Source of the DNA: Erythrobacter sp. | Lineage (GTDB): Bacteria; Pseudomonadota; Alphaproteobacteria; Sphingomonadales; Sphingomonadaceae | Assembly: GCA_044348875.1 (NCBI GenBank) | Contig: JBIKSA010000005.1 | Span: forward strand, 112 to 64,111 | DNA length: 64,000 bases | Direction of reading: 5' to 3' | Part shown: positions 18,280 to 28,266 of the stretch, one piece after another | Position numbering within the stretch: the first letter of the stretch is position 1 | Layout of the letters: the number at the start of each line of letters is the position of its first letter | The notes under the pieces: model-generated | Databases searched by the model: none | What the model was told of the DNA's origin: nothing | The model's input: only the letters and a program-made list of their open reading frames with translations | Position numbers and translations under genes: made by a program

Positions 18280-18836
18280 CCCATCCCGTCAGCCTGTCCG
18301 GCATCCACCACGCCGCCTATCGCTGCAAGGACGCCAAGGAAACGGTGGAGTGGTACGCCCGCGTGCTGGGCATGACCTACACCACAGCCTTTGCCGAGGA
18401 TCACGTGCCGTCGACTGGCGAGTACGACCCGTACATGCACATCTTCCTCGACGCGGGGAACGGCAACATCCTCGCCTTCTTCGAACTGCCCAACCAGCCG
18501 GAGATGGGGCGCGATCCCAACACCCCGCAATGGGTGCAGCATCTGGCGCTGAAGGTGCCCGATGAAGCCGCGCTGCTGGCGGCGAAGGCGCATATCGAAG
18601 CGCAGGGCATCGACGTGCTAGGCCCGACGCATCACGGCATCTTCAAGTCGATCTACTTCTTCGACCCCAACGGCCACCGCGTGGAACTGGCCGCCGATAT
18701 CGGCACGGCGGAGCAATATGAAGAACTCGCCCGCGTTGCTCCGGTGATGCTGGAGGAATGGTCTCAGACCAAAAAAGCCCCCCGCCACGCGGATTGGCTG
18801 CATGAACTGGCGCGCAAGGAGTATGCGGCAAAATAA
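18276..18836 (+). CDS. VOC/glyoxalase family protein
   Basis: [30 protein letters not shown]; ATGA overlap with hppD. Confidence 0.9.
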   Translation: MTHPVSLSGIHHAAYRCKDAKETVEWYARVLGMTYTTAFAEDHVPSTGEYDPYMHIFLDAGNGNILAFFELPNQPEMGRDPNTPQWVQHLALKVPDEAALLAAKAHIEAQGIDVLGPTHHGIFKSIYFFDPNGHRVELAADIGTAEQYEELARVAPVMLEEWSQTKKAPRHADWLHELARKEYAAK

Positions 18837-18971
18837 TCCCTCTCCGCTGGGGGAGATCGATTTGCACAATTTCCACTTTCAGGGATAAACATTCGGTCTT
18901 GCCATGTCCGGGATTGGGTGGAATTCGGAATGGCGGCTCTGATTGACAGGAACTGTGCCCGATGATCCGCG

Positions 18972-19838
18972 TCAGGGCCCGCCGCGTCCCTTCATGAAAG
19001 CAGCGAGAGCCTCCCGTCCTTCCGCCGTTTCCAGAGCCCAGCCATGGCCGACCGGAACAGGCTGGAGGGTGACCTGCACACCCTTTGCCAGCAATTGTTC
19101 GGCGAACTGCTGCATCCGCTTGGGCCGGACCACCTTTTCCTTGGTCCCCGACAACAGAAGCACCGGCGCGCGGGCCGCCACGACGTAACCGAAGTAATCG
19201 AATTGCTGCAATTCCTCACCCGTGCGCACCTTCACGAAGGGTCTCGCAATACCGGGGACGAAGTCGCGGCCGATCGCCTGATAATCGGCGGCACTCCCTT
19301 CGATGATCAGGCCTGCAAAGCCGCCGGAGCGGACCATCGCTGCGGCCATGCCGCCGCCGAAGGAAAAGCCATAGGCATAGACGGGGCCGCGACCGACCCA
19401 GCCGGCTGCCTTCATCTGCGCCGCCATGGCCGGGCCAAGCGCCGTGACCGCTGAAATCGTCGCCGGAACGGTGGTGCCGCCGCGCCCCGGATAATCATAC
19501 AGGATGACATCGGCCCCCGTGGCGGTGGCGATGCTGGCCGCCGTGCGGCTGATACCAATGGAGTCCACGAAGCTCGCGTTGCCGGCATGATAGATGATCG
19601 CCGTCTCGCTATCCGGGTTGTCGAGCCGCACCGCCCGGACTTTGCCCAGCTCACCCAGATCGAAAAACTGATTGGTTGCGGTATATCCCGGCGGCGCCTC
19701 CAGAACTGCGTCGGGTGGGGCAAGCGCGGCATCGGGAAAGAAACTCGCCTGAGTGATGGTGGCCGTACATCCACCAAGGCCGAGGCCAAGCGCGGCCACG
19801 AGCGTCATCGACTTCAAAGGAACCAAGTGCGCCTCCAT
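18972..19838 (-). CDS. Alpha/beta hydrolase lipoprotein
   Basis: Lipobox LGLGGC, YDYPGRG, nucleophile GFSFG, C-terminal VGHG; start uncertain (19838 or 19808). Confidence 0.75.
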   Translation of the reverse strand: MEAHLVPLKSMTLVAALGLGLGGCTATITQASFFPDAALAPPDAVLEAPPGYTATNQFFDLGELGKVRAVRLDNPDSETAIIYHAGNASFVDSIGISRTAASIATATGADVILYDYPGRGGTTVPATISAVTALGPAMAAQMKAAGWVGRGPVYAYGFSFGGGMAAAMVRSGGFAGLIIEGSAADYQAIGRDFVPGIARPFVKVRTGEELQQFDYFGYVVAARAPVLLLSGTKEKVVRPKRMQQFAEQLLAKGVQVTLQPVPVGHGWALETAEGREALAAFMKGRGGP

Positions 19839-20093
19839 CGGACGAAGATAGAATAGAATCAACGACGTAATGGATAACTATGCAACCCTGTCCTGCTGAT
19901 GAACCATGATTATGAGCGGTGAGGGCTGATCGCGGGCGTAATGGCCTTCGCCAGTGGTGCCGTTCTTCTCGTGTCAAGCACGGCGCGGCGGAGTTGGGAA
20001 TGCCTGCAACGGGGTCGATAGTTGAATGGCAGCTTTTCTTTTCAACCGCGTGATAGCTGCCATGCCGCTTCCTGCCGCAGCGCGCCTTCGCCA

Positions 20094-21044
20094 TCAGTGG
20101 GGCGCGGCGCCGCAGGTGAGGCGGATTTCCTCCAGCTCGAAATCATAGGTCAGCGCCGAACAATGCGCGATCAGGTCACGCCCGAGGCGGGTCAGGTAAT
20201 CGACCCTGCCCTTCGGCTTTCGCCGGGAAACGATGATCTCGTTCGCCTTGAAGCGGGGATCATCGGGCGCAATTTCTCCGACCCGTTTGGCGCTGCCGTA
20301 GTCGCTGTAACGCACTGCGAAGTGATCGATCATCAGGTCGCCCAGTTGCAGCGGTCGGGCCAGGCGCATGGTGCGGGTTTTGCGCTGCACGCCGTAATCC
20401 AGCTCCACCACGCCGTCGCTCCCCGGAAGAAAGCCGCCGTCGAAGCGCGTGGCGATAAATTCTGCCGTGGGCGCGGTGAGGACATTGACGCCCCGTTCGA
20501 AGGTGAAAAAGGCGCTGAGGGGGCGCTGGCCCGTCTCCACTCGTGTGCCAATCGTTGTGTTGTTTCTGCCGCCGATCCTGATCAGCGGGAGGCGCTGAAC
20601 GGTCTGTTCGCCTTGCACGGCGTTGATGGGGAAGGTGACGCGCTCGTAGGGAAGCTGGTGGACGCCGATGACGCCGTCCGCATGCTTTGACGCCCAGCCA
20701 GTGCCCCACACCACCTGCGCGTAAAGGGTTGTGTCGCCCAGCCGCATCGTCCGCAACAGTCCGACGGTCTTGAACGGCTCACCCTCGCCAAAATCCCAGT
20801 ACCGTTTGAAGGTCGCCTGCCAGCCCATCCGCTCGGCGATCTGCGGATTGACGGCCAGCGGGCCGGACGCTTCGGCGGTGACCTCGAGGCGCAGGGGAAC
20901 GCCATCGATGGTGACGGTGATGATGTGATCCGGCGGGAGGACCAGCTCCTCCGTCGAAACCTCATCTGGGATCAAGGCATCCTGCGCCGCAGCCACAGTT
21001 GGCGAAAAAACCAGAAGCGCGGCAATTGCAAAGCGAATTGGCAT
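20094..21044 (-). CDS. Secreted hypothetical protein with two retropepsin-like repeats lacking catalytic DTG
   Basis: Signal peptide ending AAAQD; ITVTIDGVPLRLEV, GVIGVHQL, RLGRDLIAHCSALTYDF patterns. Confidence 0.7.
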   Translation of the reverse strand: MPIRFAIAALLVFSPTVAAAQDALIPDEVSTEELVLPPDHIITVTIDGVPLRLEVTAEASGPLAVNPQIAERMGWQATFKRYWDFGEGEPFKTVGLLRTMRLGDTTLYAQVVWGTGWASKHADGVIGVHQLPYERVTFPINAVQGEQTVQRLPLIRIGGRNNTTIGTRVETGQRPLSAFFTFERGVNVLTAPTAEFIATRFDGGFLPGSDGVVELDYGVQRKTRTMRLARPLQLGDLMIDHFAVRYSDYGSAKRVGEIAPDDPRFKANEIIVSRRKPKGRVDYLTRLGRDLIAHCSALTYDFELEEIRLTCGAAPH

Positions 21045-21064
21045 GGGATTACAACGTTGTTTGC

Positions 21065-21185
21065 CGCGCATCTGTTCCCGCTGTTTGGGCTATCGTTTGC
21101 TTGCGGACTTGCGCTCACGCATCGCTTTCTCCTTGGGTTGCGATGCCCGGCGGGCGCCCGCGCTTGGGCGCTTCGCTGGGCGCCA
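21065..21185. repeat. Degenerate REP-like element
   Basis: GCATCTG; GCATCGC/GCGATGC and GGCGCCC/GGGCGCC hairpins with GCTTCGCT in the loop. Confidence 0.35.
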
Positions 21186-21297
21186 ACCTTTCGGGCATTC
21201 GCTATTTCGGCGATTTCGAGCGGTTCGATGCAATCTCGCGCGTGGCGGCGGAAAAGCTGCGCGAGATAGAGGAGCGCTTCGGTCTCCTGCTGCCGGC

Positions 21298-23133
21298 CTA
21301 ATACCCGCTCGCCTGCCCGTCCTTCCGCATCTCGGTTGCGCCGGTATAGACGCCGGTCACCGGATCGCGCGCTATCGCCTGATAGCCGCCGAACGGGATG
21401 CCAGTGCGTTCCACTTCGACCTTGTGACCCATCGCCTGCAACGCCTCGACTGTCGCTGCCGGGATGCCGGGTTCGACTTGCAGCACGCCCAGCGTGTCAA
21501 TTGGCACGGTGTCTGCCGGACTGCCGGCCAGCGCATCGGTCGGCTGGCGGCCTCCATCATGGTGAAGCCGCGCGGCATCGCCGGCTTCCTGCAGGTTCAT
21601 CCCGTAATCGACGAGGTTGACGAGCACCTGCACATGCCCCTGCGGCTGCATCCCGCCGCCCATCAGGCCAAAGCTCATCCACGGCTTGCCATCTTTCCGG
21701 ATGAACGCCGGAATGATCGTCTGGAACGGGCGTTTGGCGGGCGCATAGGCATTGGGATGTTCGGGATCGAGGCTGTAAAGCTCACCCCGGTCCTGCAGCA
21801 TGAAGCCGAGGCCATCGGCCACCAGTCCGCCGCCCATGCCGCGGTAATTCGACTGGATCAGGCTCACCATCATCCCGTCTTTATCGGCGACGGTGAGGTA
21901 GGTGGTGTCCCCAGGCCCCTCCAGCTTGGGCGCAACCAGCGCTCCGGGGGTGAAAGCAGGGTTCGCCCGCGCCGGATCGATCAGAGCGAAACGCTGGCGG
22001 CCATATTCCTCGCTCAGCAATTCCTGCGGTGTGCGGGCGAAGGCCGGATCAGCATAGAACCGTGCAGCATCTTCGAACGCGAGCCGCTTGGCCTCGGTGA
22101 TATAATGGATGACCTGCGGGCTGCCGCGTTCCCATTGGGAGAGGTCCACATTTTTCAGGATGTTGACCATCTGGAGGGCCGCGAAGCCTTGTGAATTGGG
22201 CGGCAGTTCGCACAATTCGTAACCCTTGCGATATTCCACACAGGCGACATCCACCCACTCGCTGTCATGCGCGGCGAAATCGGCGAGGGCGAAGGCGCTG
22301 CCCTGCCGCTGGAGGTAATCCACCAGCGTCCGCGCGGTTTGCCCGGCGTAGAATTCGTCGCGGCCACCCGCAGCAATCCGTTCAAGCGTATTCGCCAGAT
22401 CGGGATTGCGGAACATCTCACCCGCACGCGGGGCGCGGCCTTCCTTGAAATAGGTCGCCTTCGCATTGTCGAATTCGAACGGGTTGCCCGCGCGCTGGCG
22501 TTCATAATTCTTCAGCCCGCGGTCCAGATACATTGCGATCACCGGAGCGACGGGGTGGCCTTCGCGGGCGTAGCGGATGGTGGGGGCGAGAACCTGCGCC
22601 ATCGGCAGCTTGCCGAAGCGGGCGTGCAGATCGAACCATGCATCGACCGTGCCGGGAATGGTGACGGGCAGCGGGCCGACCGGCGGCAGACTGATCGCGC
22701 CGGGGGCGAGCTTTGCCTTCAATTGCTCCAGCGTCTGCCCGGCCGGCGAACGCCCCGATCCGTTGATGCCGATGAGCTTTCCGGTCTTGGGATCATGGAC
22801 AATCGCGAACAGGTCGCCGCCGATGCCGTTGCCGGTCGGCTCCATCAAGCCCAGCGCGGCGTTTGCCGCGATGGCCGCGTCGACCGCCGATCCGCCGGCC
22901 TTGAGGATATCAAGCGCGACTTGCGTTGCCAGAGGATGGGCGGTCGCGGCCATGCCATGCGGGGCGATGACCGGGCTGCGGCTCCATTGTGCGCCAACGG
23001 GCCGCGCGCCGGGGCCAATGCCTTGCGTGGCCGCAGGGCTGGTTTGCGCGGGGTTGGCGGGCGCGTCTTCGGCCAAAGCAGGGGCGGCGCACAAGGCGGC
23101 GCCGGCGAGAAGCAACGGAGCAAGCTTGATCAT
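21298..23133 (-). CDS. ggt: Gamma-glutamyltransferase
   Basis: GGSAVDAAIAANAALGLMEP-GNGIGGDLF, GDTTYL (Thr nucleophile), FGLMGGGMQPQGH; signal peptide from MIKL. Confidence 0.95.
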   Translation of the reverse strand: MIKLAPLLLAGAALCAAPALAEDAPANPAQTSPAATQGIGPGARPVGAQWSRSPVIAPHGMAATAHPLATQVALDILKAGGSAVDAAIAANAALGLMEPTGNGIGGDLFAIVHDPKTGKLIGINGSGRSPAGQTLEQLKAKLAPGAISLPPVGPLPVTIPGTVDAWFDLHARFGKLPMAQVLAPTIRYAREGHPVAPVIAMYLDRGLKNYERQRAGNPFEFDNAKATYFKEGRAPRAGEMFRNPDLANTLERIAAGGRDEFYAGQTARTLVDYLQRQGSAFALADFAAHDSEWVDVACVEYRKGYELCELPPNSQGFAALQMVNILKNVDLSQWERGSPQVIHYITEAKRLAFEDAARFYADPAFARTPQELLSEEYGRQRFALIDPARANPAFTPGALVAPKLEGPGDTTYLTVADKDGMMVSLIQSNYRGMGGGLVADGLGFMLQDRGELYSLDPEHPNAYAPAKRPFQTIIPAFIRKDGKPWMSFGLMGGGMQPQGHVQVLVNLVDYGMNLQEAGDAARLHHDGGRQPTDALAGSPADTVPIDTLGVLQVEPGIPAATVEALQAMGHKVEVERTGIPFGGYQAIARDPVTGVYTGATEMRKDGQASGY

Positions 23134-23200
23134 GGTGCCGCACCCTAATCGCCAATCCGCCCTGCGCAAGTCGAAGCGAGCACGTGCATGACGCGCAACG

Positions 23201-23231
23201 AAAAGGCCCCCGCCGTTGCCACCGGAGGCCT
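23201..23231 (-). terminator. katG terminator
   Basis: AGGCCCCCG/CGGAGGCCT stem with AAAA on + strand. Confidence 0.6.
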
Positions 23232-23273
23232 CTTCCCGATCATTGCCGAAGCCGCAGCTCAGGCGCGATCATT

Positions 23274-25490
23274 TCAGTGATATTTCGCCCAGCTCACATC
23301 GAAGCGATCCGCGTTCATTACCTTGTTCCAGGCCGAAATGAAGTCGCACACGAACATGCCCTCGTTTCCGCTTTCGGCATAGACCTCGGCCTGGGCGCGC
23401 AGGATCGAATTCGATCCGAAGACCAGATCGGTGCGGGTCGCGCGCCATTTTTCGGTGCCGGTTGCGCGGTCGACGCCGACATATTCTTCGTCCCCGCTGT
23501 CATCCACGGGTGCCCAGCGGGTGCCCATGTCGAGGAGGTTGCGGAAGAAGTCCGGCGTCAGCTTGCCCGGCGTTTCGGAGAGGACACCGATATTGTTGCC
23601 GTGATGGGCATGCTTGCTGACCGCGCCCAGCGCGCGCAGCCCGCCGACCAGCACGGTCATTTCCGGCACCGACAGCCCGAGCAGATGCGCCCGGTCGATC
23701 AGCATTTCTTCGGTGCGGACCTGCGCCTTTGTCTTGAGGTAGTTGCGGAACCCGTCGGCAAACGGCTCCATCGGTTCAAAGCTGGCTGCGTCAGTCTGGT
23801 CCTGCGTGGCATCGCCGCGCCCGCCCATGAAGGGCACGGTCACGTCAAACCCGGCATCCTTCGCCGCCTTTTCCACCGCTGCCGAGCCTGCCAGCACGAT
23901 TGCATCGGCCATGCTGAGACCGCCGCGATGGGCTTCGATGGTGTCCAGCACGCGGCCCAGTTCCTCCGGATCATTGACCGCCCACGAACGCTGCGGTTCG
24001 AGCCGCAGTCGCGCGCCATTGGCCCCGCCGCGGTGGTCCGAATTGCGATAGGTGGAGGCCGACGCCCAGGCCGCCTTGACCAACTCGCGCACGCTGAGGC
24101 CGCTACCGAGGATCGCATCCTTGAACCGGGCAACTTCGGCATCGGACGGCATGGTGCCAGCCGGAACCGGATCCATCCAGATCAGCGTTTCGGACGGCAC
24201 TTCCGGGCCGAGGTATCGCACCTTCGGCCCCATGTCGCGGTGGCACAGCTTGAACCATGCACGGGCGAAGGCATCGTCGAGCGCGGCCTGATTATCGCGG
24301 AATTTTTCGGATATCTTGCGATATTCCGGATCGTTTTTGAGCGCCATATCGGCGGTGGTCATCATCGTTGGCACACGCTTGTTCGGATCGCGCGCGTCGG
24401 GGGCCATGTCTTCGTAATCGTGGTTGATCGGTTGCCATTGGTTCGCACCGGCGGGCGACTTCACCAGTTCGAAATCATATTTGAACAGGATACGGAAGTA
24501 GTCGCCGCCCCACTGGGTCGGGTTGTTCGACCACGCGCCTTCAATCCCTGAGGTCGTGATGTTGCCGCTGGCGATCTCGTCCGCGTCGTTCAGCCAGCCG
24601 AACCCCATCAGGTGCAGGTCTTCGCTTTCCGGAGCGCCGCCGAACGTGTCCGAGGGATGCGCGCCGTGGGCCTTGCCGAAGGCGTGACCGCCGGCGACCA
24701 GCGCCACGGTTTCCTCGTCGTTCATCGCCATCCGGCTGAAGGTTTCGCGCATATCGCGGGCCATGCCTTCGGGGTCATGGGGGTTGCCCTGCGGCCCTTC
24801 GGGGTTGACGTAGATGAGGCCCATCTGGATCGCGGCGAGCGGGTTTTCGAGCGCCTTGCCTTCCTGAGCATTGATGCGGGTGGCGACGCCTTCGTTGACC
24901 CATTGCTCCTCGGTGCCCCAGTAGACGCTTTCAGGCTCGAACACATCCGCGCGGCCACCGCCAAAGCCGAACACGGGGCCGCCCATGCTTTCGATGGCGA
25001 CATTGCCGGTCAGGATGAAAAGGTCTGCCCAGCTGATGTTCTTGCCGTATTTCTGCTTGATCGGCCACAACAGCCGCCGGGCCTTGTCGAGGTTGCCGTT
25101 ATCGGGCCACGAATTGAGCGGGGCGAAACGCTGCTGGCCGGAATTCGCGCCGCCGCGGCCATCCCCGGTGCGATAGGTCCCCGCCGCGTGCCACGCCATG
25201 CGGATGAAGAACGGGCCGTAATGCCCGTAATCCGCCGGCCACCAAGGCTGGCTGTCAGTCATCAGCGCGGTGAGATCGGCTTTCAGTGCGGCGTAATCGA
25301 GTGTGTTAAAAGCCTCGGCATAGTCGAAGTCTTCGCCGTAGGGATTGGCGCTGCGACCGCCTTCGGTCAGGATGTCGACCTGTAAGGCTTGCGGCCACCA
25401 GTCGCGGTTGGTGCGACCCAGCAGATTGCGCATGTCCATGCTGCCGTGGAACGGGCAACCGCCGCTCATTTCTCCGGTTTTGACATCCAT
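23274..25490 (-). CDS. katG: Catalase-peroxidase
   Basis: [51 protein letters not shown]. Confidence 0.98.
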   Translation of the reverse strand: MDVKTGEMSGGCPFHGSMDMRNLLGRTNRDWWPQALQVDILTEGGRSANPYGEDFDYAEAFNTLDYAALKADLTALMTDSQPWWPADYGHYGPFFIRMAWHAAGTYRTGDGRGGANSGQQRFAPLNSWPDNGNLDKARRLLWPIKQKYGKNISWADLFILTGNVAIESMGGPVFGFGGGRADVFEPESVYWGTEEQWVNEGVATRINAQEGKALENPLAAIQMGLIYVNPEGPQGNPHDPEGMARDMRETFSRMAMNDEETVALVAGGHAFGKAHGAHPSDTFGGAPESEDLHLMGFGWLNDADEIASGNITTSGIEGAWSNNPTQWGGDYFRILFKYDFELVKSPAGANQWQPINHDYEDMAPDARDPNKRVPTMMTTADMALKNDPEYRKISEKFRDNQAALDDAFARAWFKLCHRDMGPKVRYLGPEVPSETLIWMDPVPAGTMPSDAEVARFKDAILGSGLSVRELVKAAWASASTYRNSDHRGGANGARLRLEPQRSWAVNDPEELGRVLDTIEAHRGGLSMADAIVLAGSAAVEKAAKDAGFDVTVPFMGGRGDATQDQTDAASFEPMEPFADGFRNYLKTKAQVRTEEMLIDRAHLLGLSVPEMTVLVGGLRALGAVSKHAHHGNNIGVLSETPGKLTPDFFRNLLDMGTRWAPVDDSGDEEYVGVDRATGTEKWRATRTDLVFGSNSILRAQAEVYAESGNEGMFVCDFISAWNKVMNADRFDVSWAKYH

Positions 25491-25575
25491 GATCGTCTCT
25501 CCTCTCAAGTTCAGACTCACCCTGTGACGCGAAGACTACGTTGGGGAGAATGACTCGTTCGCGATGGAGCGTCCA

Positions 25576-25612
25576 ATCGATTAATGCGCGCCTTTTGATT
25601 GAGTAAAGCGAT
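25576..25612 (-). promoter_or_regulatory. OxyR-type box upstream of katG
   Basis: ATCG-N7-CGCG-N7-ATTG-N7-CGAT (+ strand), exact 37-bp ATAG-N7-CTAT-N7-ATAG-N7-CTAT spacing. Confidence 0.6.
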
Positions 25613-25613
25613 T

Positions 25614-25646
25614 AAAAAAGGCGGGCTCCCGGATGAGAGCCCGCCT
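25614..25646 (-). terminator. ahpF terminator
   Basis: GGCGGGCTC/GAGCCCGCC stem with A6 on + strand. Confidence 0.8.
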
Positions 25647-25670
25647 CTGTCTGTCAGAACCAGTTGGCGA

Positions 25671-27260
25671 TTATGCCGCTTCGGCAATCGCCTCAACCGG
25701 CTCATTGCGTATCAAGAAGTCGAACGCCCCGAGCCCCGCCTTTGCTCCTTCGCCCATCGCCACGACGATTTGCTTGTGCGGCACGGTGGTGCAATCGCCT
25801 GCGGCGTAGATGCCGGGGATGCTGGTCGCGCCGTGATCGTCGATCACGATTTCGCCGTGCTTGCTGAGTTCGAGGCCCGTTTCGCGCAGCCATTCGGTGT
25901 TGGGCACAAGGCCAATCTGCACGAACACGCCTTCCAATTCGATGCGGCGCTCCTCGCCATTGGCGCGGTCCTTAACCACCAGACCGTTCACGCGGGTGCC
26001 GTCACCCAGCACTTCGGTGGTCTGGCCGTTGGTGATGATTTCGACATTCGGCATCGAGCGCAGCTTGCGCTGGAGCACTTCATCGGCGCGCAGCTTCACA
26101 TCGAATTCGATCAGCGTCACGTGGCCGACGAGCCCGGCCAAGTCGATCGCCGCTTCGACGCCAGAGTTGCCCCCGCCGATCACCGCGATGCGCTTGCCCT
26201 TGAACAGCGGGCCATCGCAGTGCGGGCAATAGGCCACGCCCTTATTGCGATACTCCGCTTCGCCTGGCACGCCGAGATTGCGCCAGCGCGCGCCGGTGGA
26301 GAGGATCAGCGACCGCGCCCTGAGGGTCGCGCCGTTGGCCATCACCACCTCGTGATAACCGCCCACGTCCTTTGCCGCGCGCAGTTCTACCGTGCGGGCA
26401 AGGTCCATCAGGTCGATCTCGTATTCGGCGACGTGCTTCTTCAGGCCGTCGGTCAGCTTCGGGCCTTCGGTGTAAGGGGTGCCGGGAAGGTTCTCGATCC
26501 CGAGCGTGTCCATCAGCTGCCCGCCAAAGCGTTCGGCCGCGATCCCGGTGCTGAAACCCTTGCGTGCGGTGTAGACCGCAGCGGCCGCGCCCGCCGGGCC
26601 GCCGCCGACCACCAGCACCTCGAAGGGCGCTTTGGCGGCAAGCTTTTCGGCCTGCTTCGCGCCCGCGTTGACGTCGAGTTTGGCGAGAATCTCGGCGAGC
26701 TCCATCTTGCCGTTGTAGAAGCTCTCGCCGTTGAGGAACGTCGCGGGCACGGCCATGATGTCGCGCGCCTCGACTTCGCTCTGGAAAGTGCCGCCTTCGA
26801 TCAGCGTAGCGGTGATGCGCGGGTTTTCGAGTGCCATCAGCGTCAGCGCCTGCACCACGTCGGGGCAATTGTGGCACGACAGCGAGAAGAACATCTCAAA
26901 GTTGTAGTCGCCTTCAAGCGCGCGCACCTGCTCGATCAGGTCTGCATCGACCTTGGGCGGGTGGCCGCCGGCCCACAGTAGGGCAAGCACCAGCGAGGTG
27001 AATTCATGGCCCATCGGCAGGCCCGCAAAGCGCACCCACTTCTCCGCGTCGGACGCGCGGCGGATCACGAAGCTTGGTTTGCGATCATCGGTGCCGTCGA
27101 AACGCGCCGTGACGAGATCATGCTGCGCGGCGATCTGTTCGATCAGCTCACGGGTCTGGCGCGACTTCTCGCTGTCGTCGAGCGAGGCGACCAGCTCGAT
27201 GCCCTCGCGAAGATTGCCGAGATAGGTCTTGAGCTGGGCCTGCATGGCGGCGTCGAGCAT
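25671..27260 (-). CDS. ahpF: Alkyl hydroperoxide reductase subunit F
   Basis: [49 protein letters not shown]. Confidence 0.98.
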   Translation of the reverse strand: MLDAAMQAQLKTYLGNLREGIELVASLDDSEKSRQTRELIEQIAAQHDLVTARFDGTDDRKPSFVIRRASDAEKWVRFAGLPMGHEFTSLVLALLWAGGHPPKVDADLIEQVRALEGDYNFEMFFSLSCHNCPDVVQALTLMALENPRITATLIEGGTFQSEVEARDIMAVPATFLNGESFYNGKMELAEILAKLDVNAGAKQAEKLAAKAPFEVLVVGGGPAGAAAAVYTARKGFSTGIAAERFGGQLMDTLGIENLPGTPYTEGPKLTDGLKKHVAEYEIDLMDLARTVELRAAKDVGGYHEVVMANGATLRARSLILSTGARWRNLGVPGEAEYRNKGVAYCPHCDGPLFKGKRIAVIGGGNSGVEAAIDLAGLVGHVTLIEFDVKLRADEVLQRKLRSMPNVEIITNGQTTEVLGDGTRVNGLVVKDRANGEERRIELEGVFVQIGLVPNTEWLRETGLELSKHGEIVIDDHGATSIPGIYAAGDCTTVPHKQIVVAMGEGAKAGLGAFDFLIRNEPVEAIAEAA

Positions 27261-27483
27261 GGTGGGTCTCCGGGCGCGGGTAATCGCGCGAGTAATCTGG
27301 GATGATCCGTTGTCCGGTAACGCGGAACCGGGCGGCCCTGCCCGAAAGGGGGGGAGGGGCGGGCACATCCGGTCCCGGTCACGACCCGAGAGCGCTGAAA
27401 GGCTCTCGGGATTGGCGGCCAGCGCGAGGCTGTGGGGGAGGGGGGAGAAGTCCCGCGCCGGCCGTATGCTTTGCCCTAAGGCC

Positions 27484-28050
27484 TCAGATCTTGCCGACCA
27501 GGTCGAGCGAAGGGGCCAGCGTATCGCTGCCTTCTTCCCACGCCGCCGGGCAGACCTGACCGGGGTTGGCGCGCACATACTGGGCGGCCTTGATCTTGCG
27601 GGTCAGTTCGTTGGCATTGCGGCCCACGCCTTCGCAGGTGATTTCCATGATCTGGATCACGCCGTCCGGGTCGACCACGAAGGTCGCACGGTCGGCAAGG
27701 CCAACGCCTTCACGCAGCACGCCGAAGTTGTTCGACAGCACGTGGTTCTGGTCGCCCAGGAACGGGAAGGTCAGCTTGCCGATCTTGTCCGAGGTGTCAT
27801 GCCAAGCCTTGTGGCTGAAGTGCGTGTCGGTGCTGACGGCATAGACTTCCACGCCCATCCCCTGAAGCTGACCGTACTTTTCGCCCATGTCTTCCAGCTC
27901 GGTCGGGCACACGAAGGTGAAGTCGGCCGGGTAGAAGAAGAACACCGACCACTTGCCGGCGAGATCGGCGTCAGTGACGGTGAAGAAGTCCTTGCCCTTC
28001 TGGAAGGCAGTGGCGGTGAACGGCGTGATGGTCGAACCGATAATACCCAT
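27484..28050 (-). CDS. ahpC: Alkyl hydroperoxide reductase subunit C
   Basis: [25 protein letters not shown]. Confidence 0.99.
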   Translation of the reverse strand: MGIIGSTITPFTATAFQKGKDFFTVTDADLAGKWSVFFFYPADFTFVCPTELEDMGEKYGQLQGMGVEVYAVSTDTHFSHKAWHDTSDKIGKLTFPFLGDQNHVLSNNFGVLREGVGLADRATFVVDPDGVIQIMEITCEGVGRNANELTRKIKAAQYVRANPGQVCPAAWEEGSDTLAPSLDLVGKI

Positions 28051-28131
28051 GGAAATTCTCCTTGTGTTGGGCGGTTAAGAGAGGGGTCGAAACTGCTGAT
28101 GCGCAAATAGGGATTATTGCGCTGCACAAAA

Positions 28132-28168
28132 GTTGATTGTTACGATTGCGAGGATCGTTTTTTTCAAT
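28132..28168 (-). promoter_or_regulatory. OxyR-type box upstream of ahpC
   Basis: Minus strand ATTG-N7-CGAT-N7-ATCG-N7-CAAC, 37 bp. Confidence 0.7.
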
Positions 28169-28212
28169 CACCGGCGCGGGAACCGATCGGATTTGGCGTT
28201 TGTGGCTCCTCC

Positions 28213-28238
28213 GTCTCCCCGGACTTGATCCGGGGCCC
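28213..28238. repeat. REP/RPE-type palindrome
   Basis: GTCTCCCCGGACTTGATCCGGGGCCC, the CCCCGG-ACTTGAT-CCGGGG hairpin type common in alphaproteobacterial spacers. Confidence 0.7.
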
Positions 28239-28266
28239 TGCCTTCTTGCCTCAGCTGCGCTACCGC

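Noticed and set aside
20021-20063. Inverted repeat ATGGCAGCT...AGCTGCCAT in the islet spacer
   Set aside because: 20-nt loop, no U-tail and no second copy; at most a weak terminator
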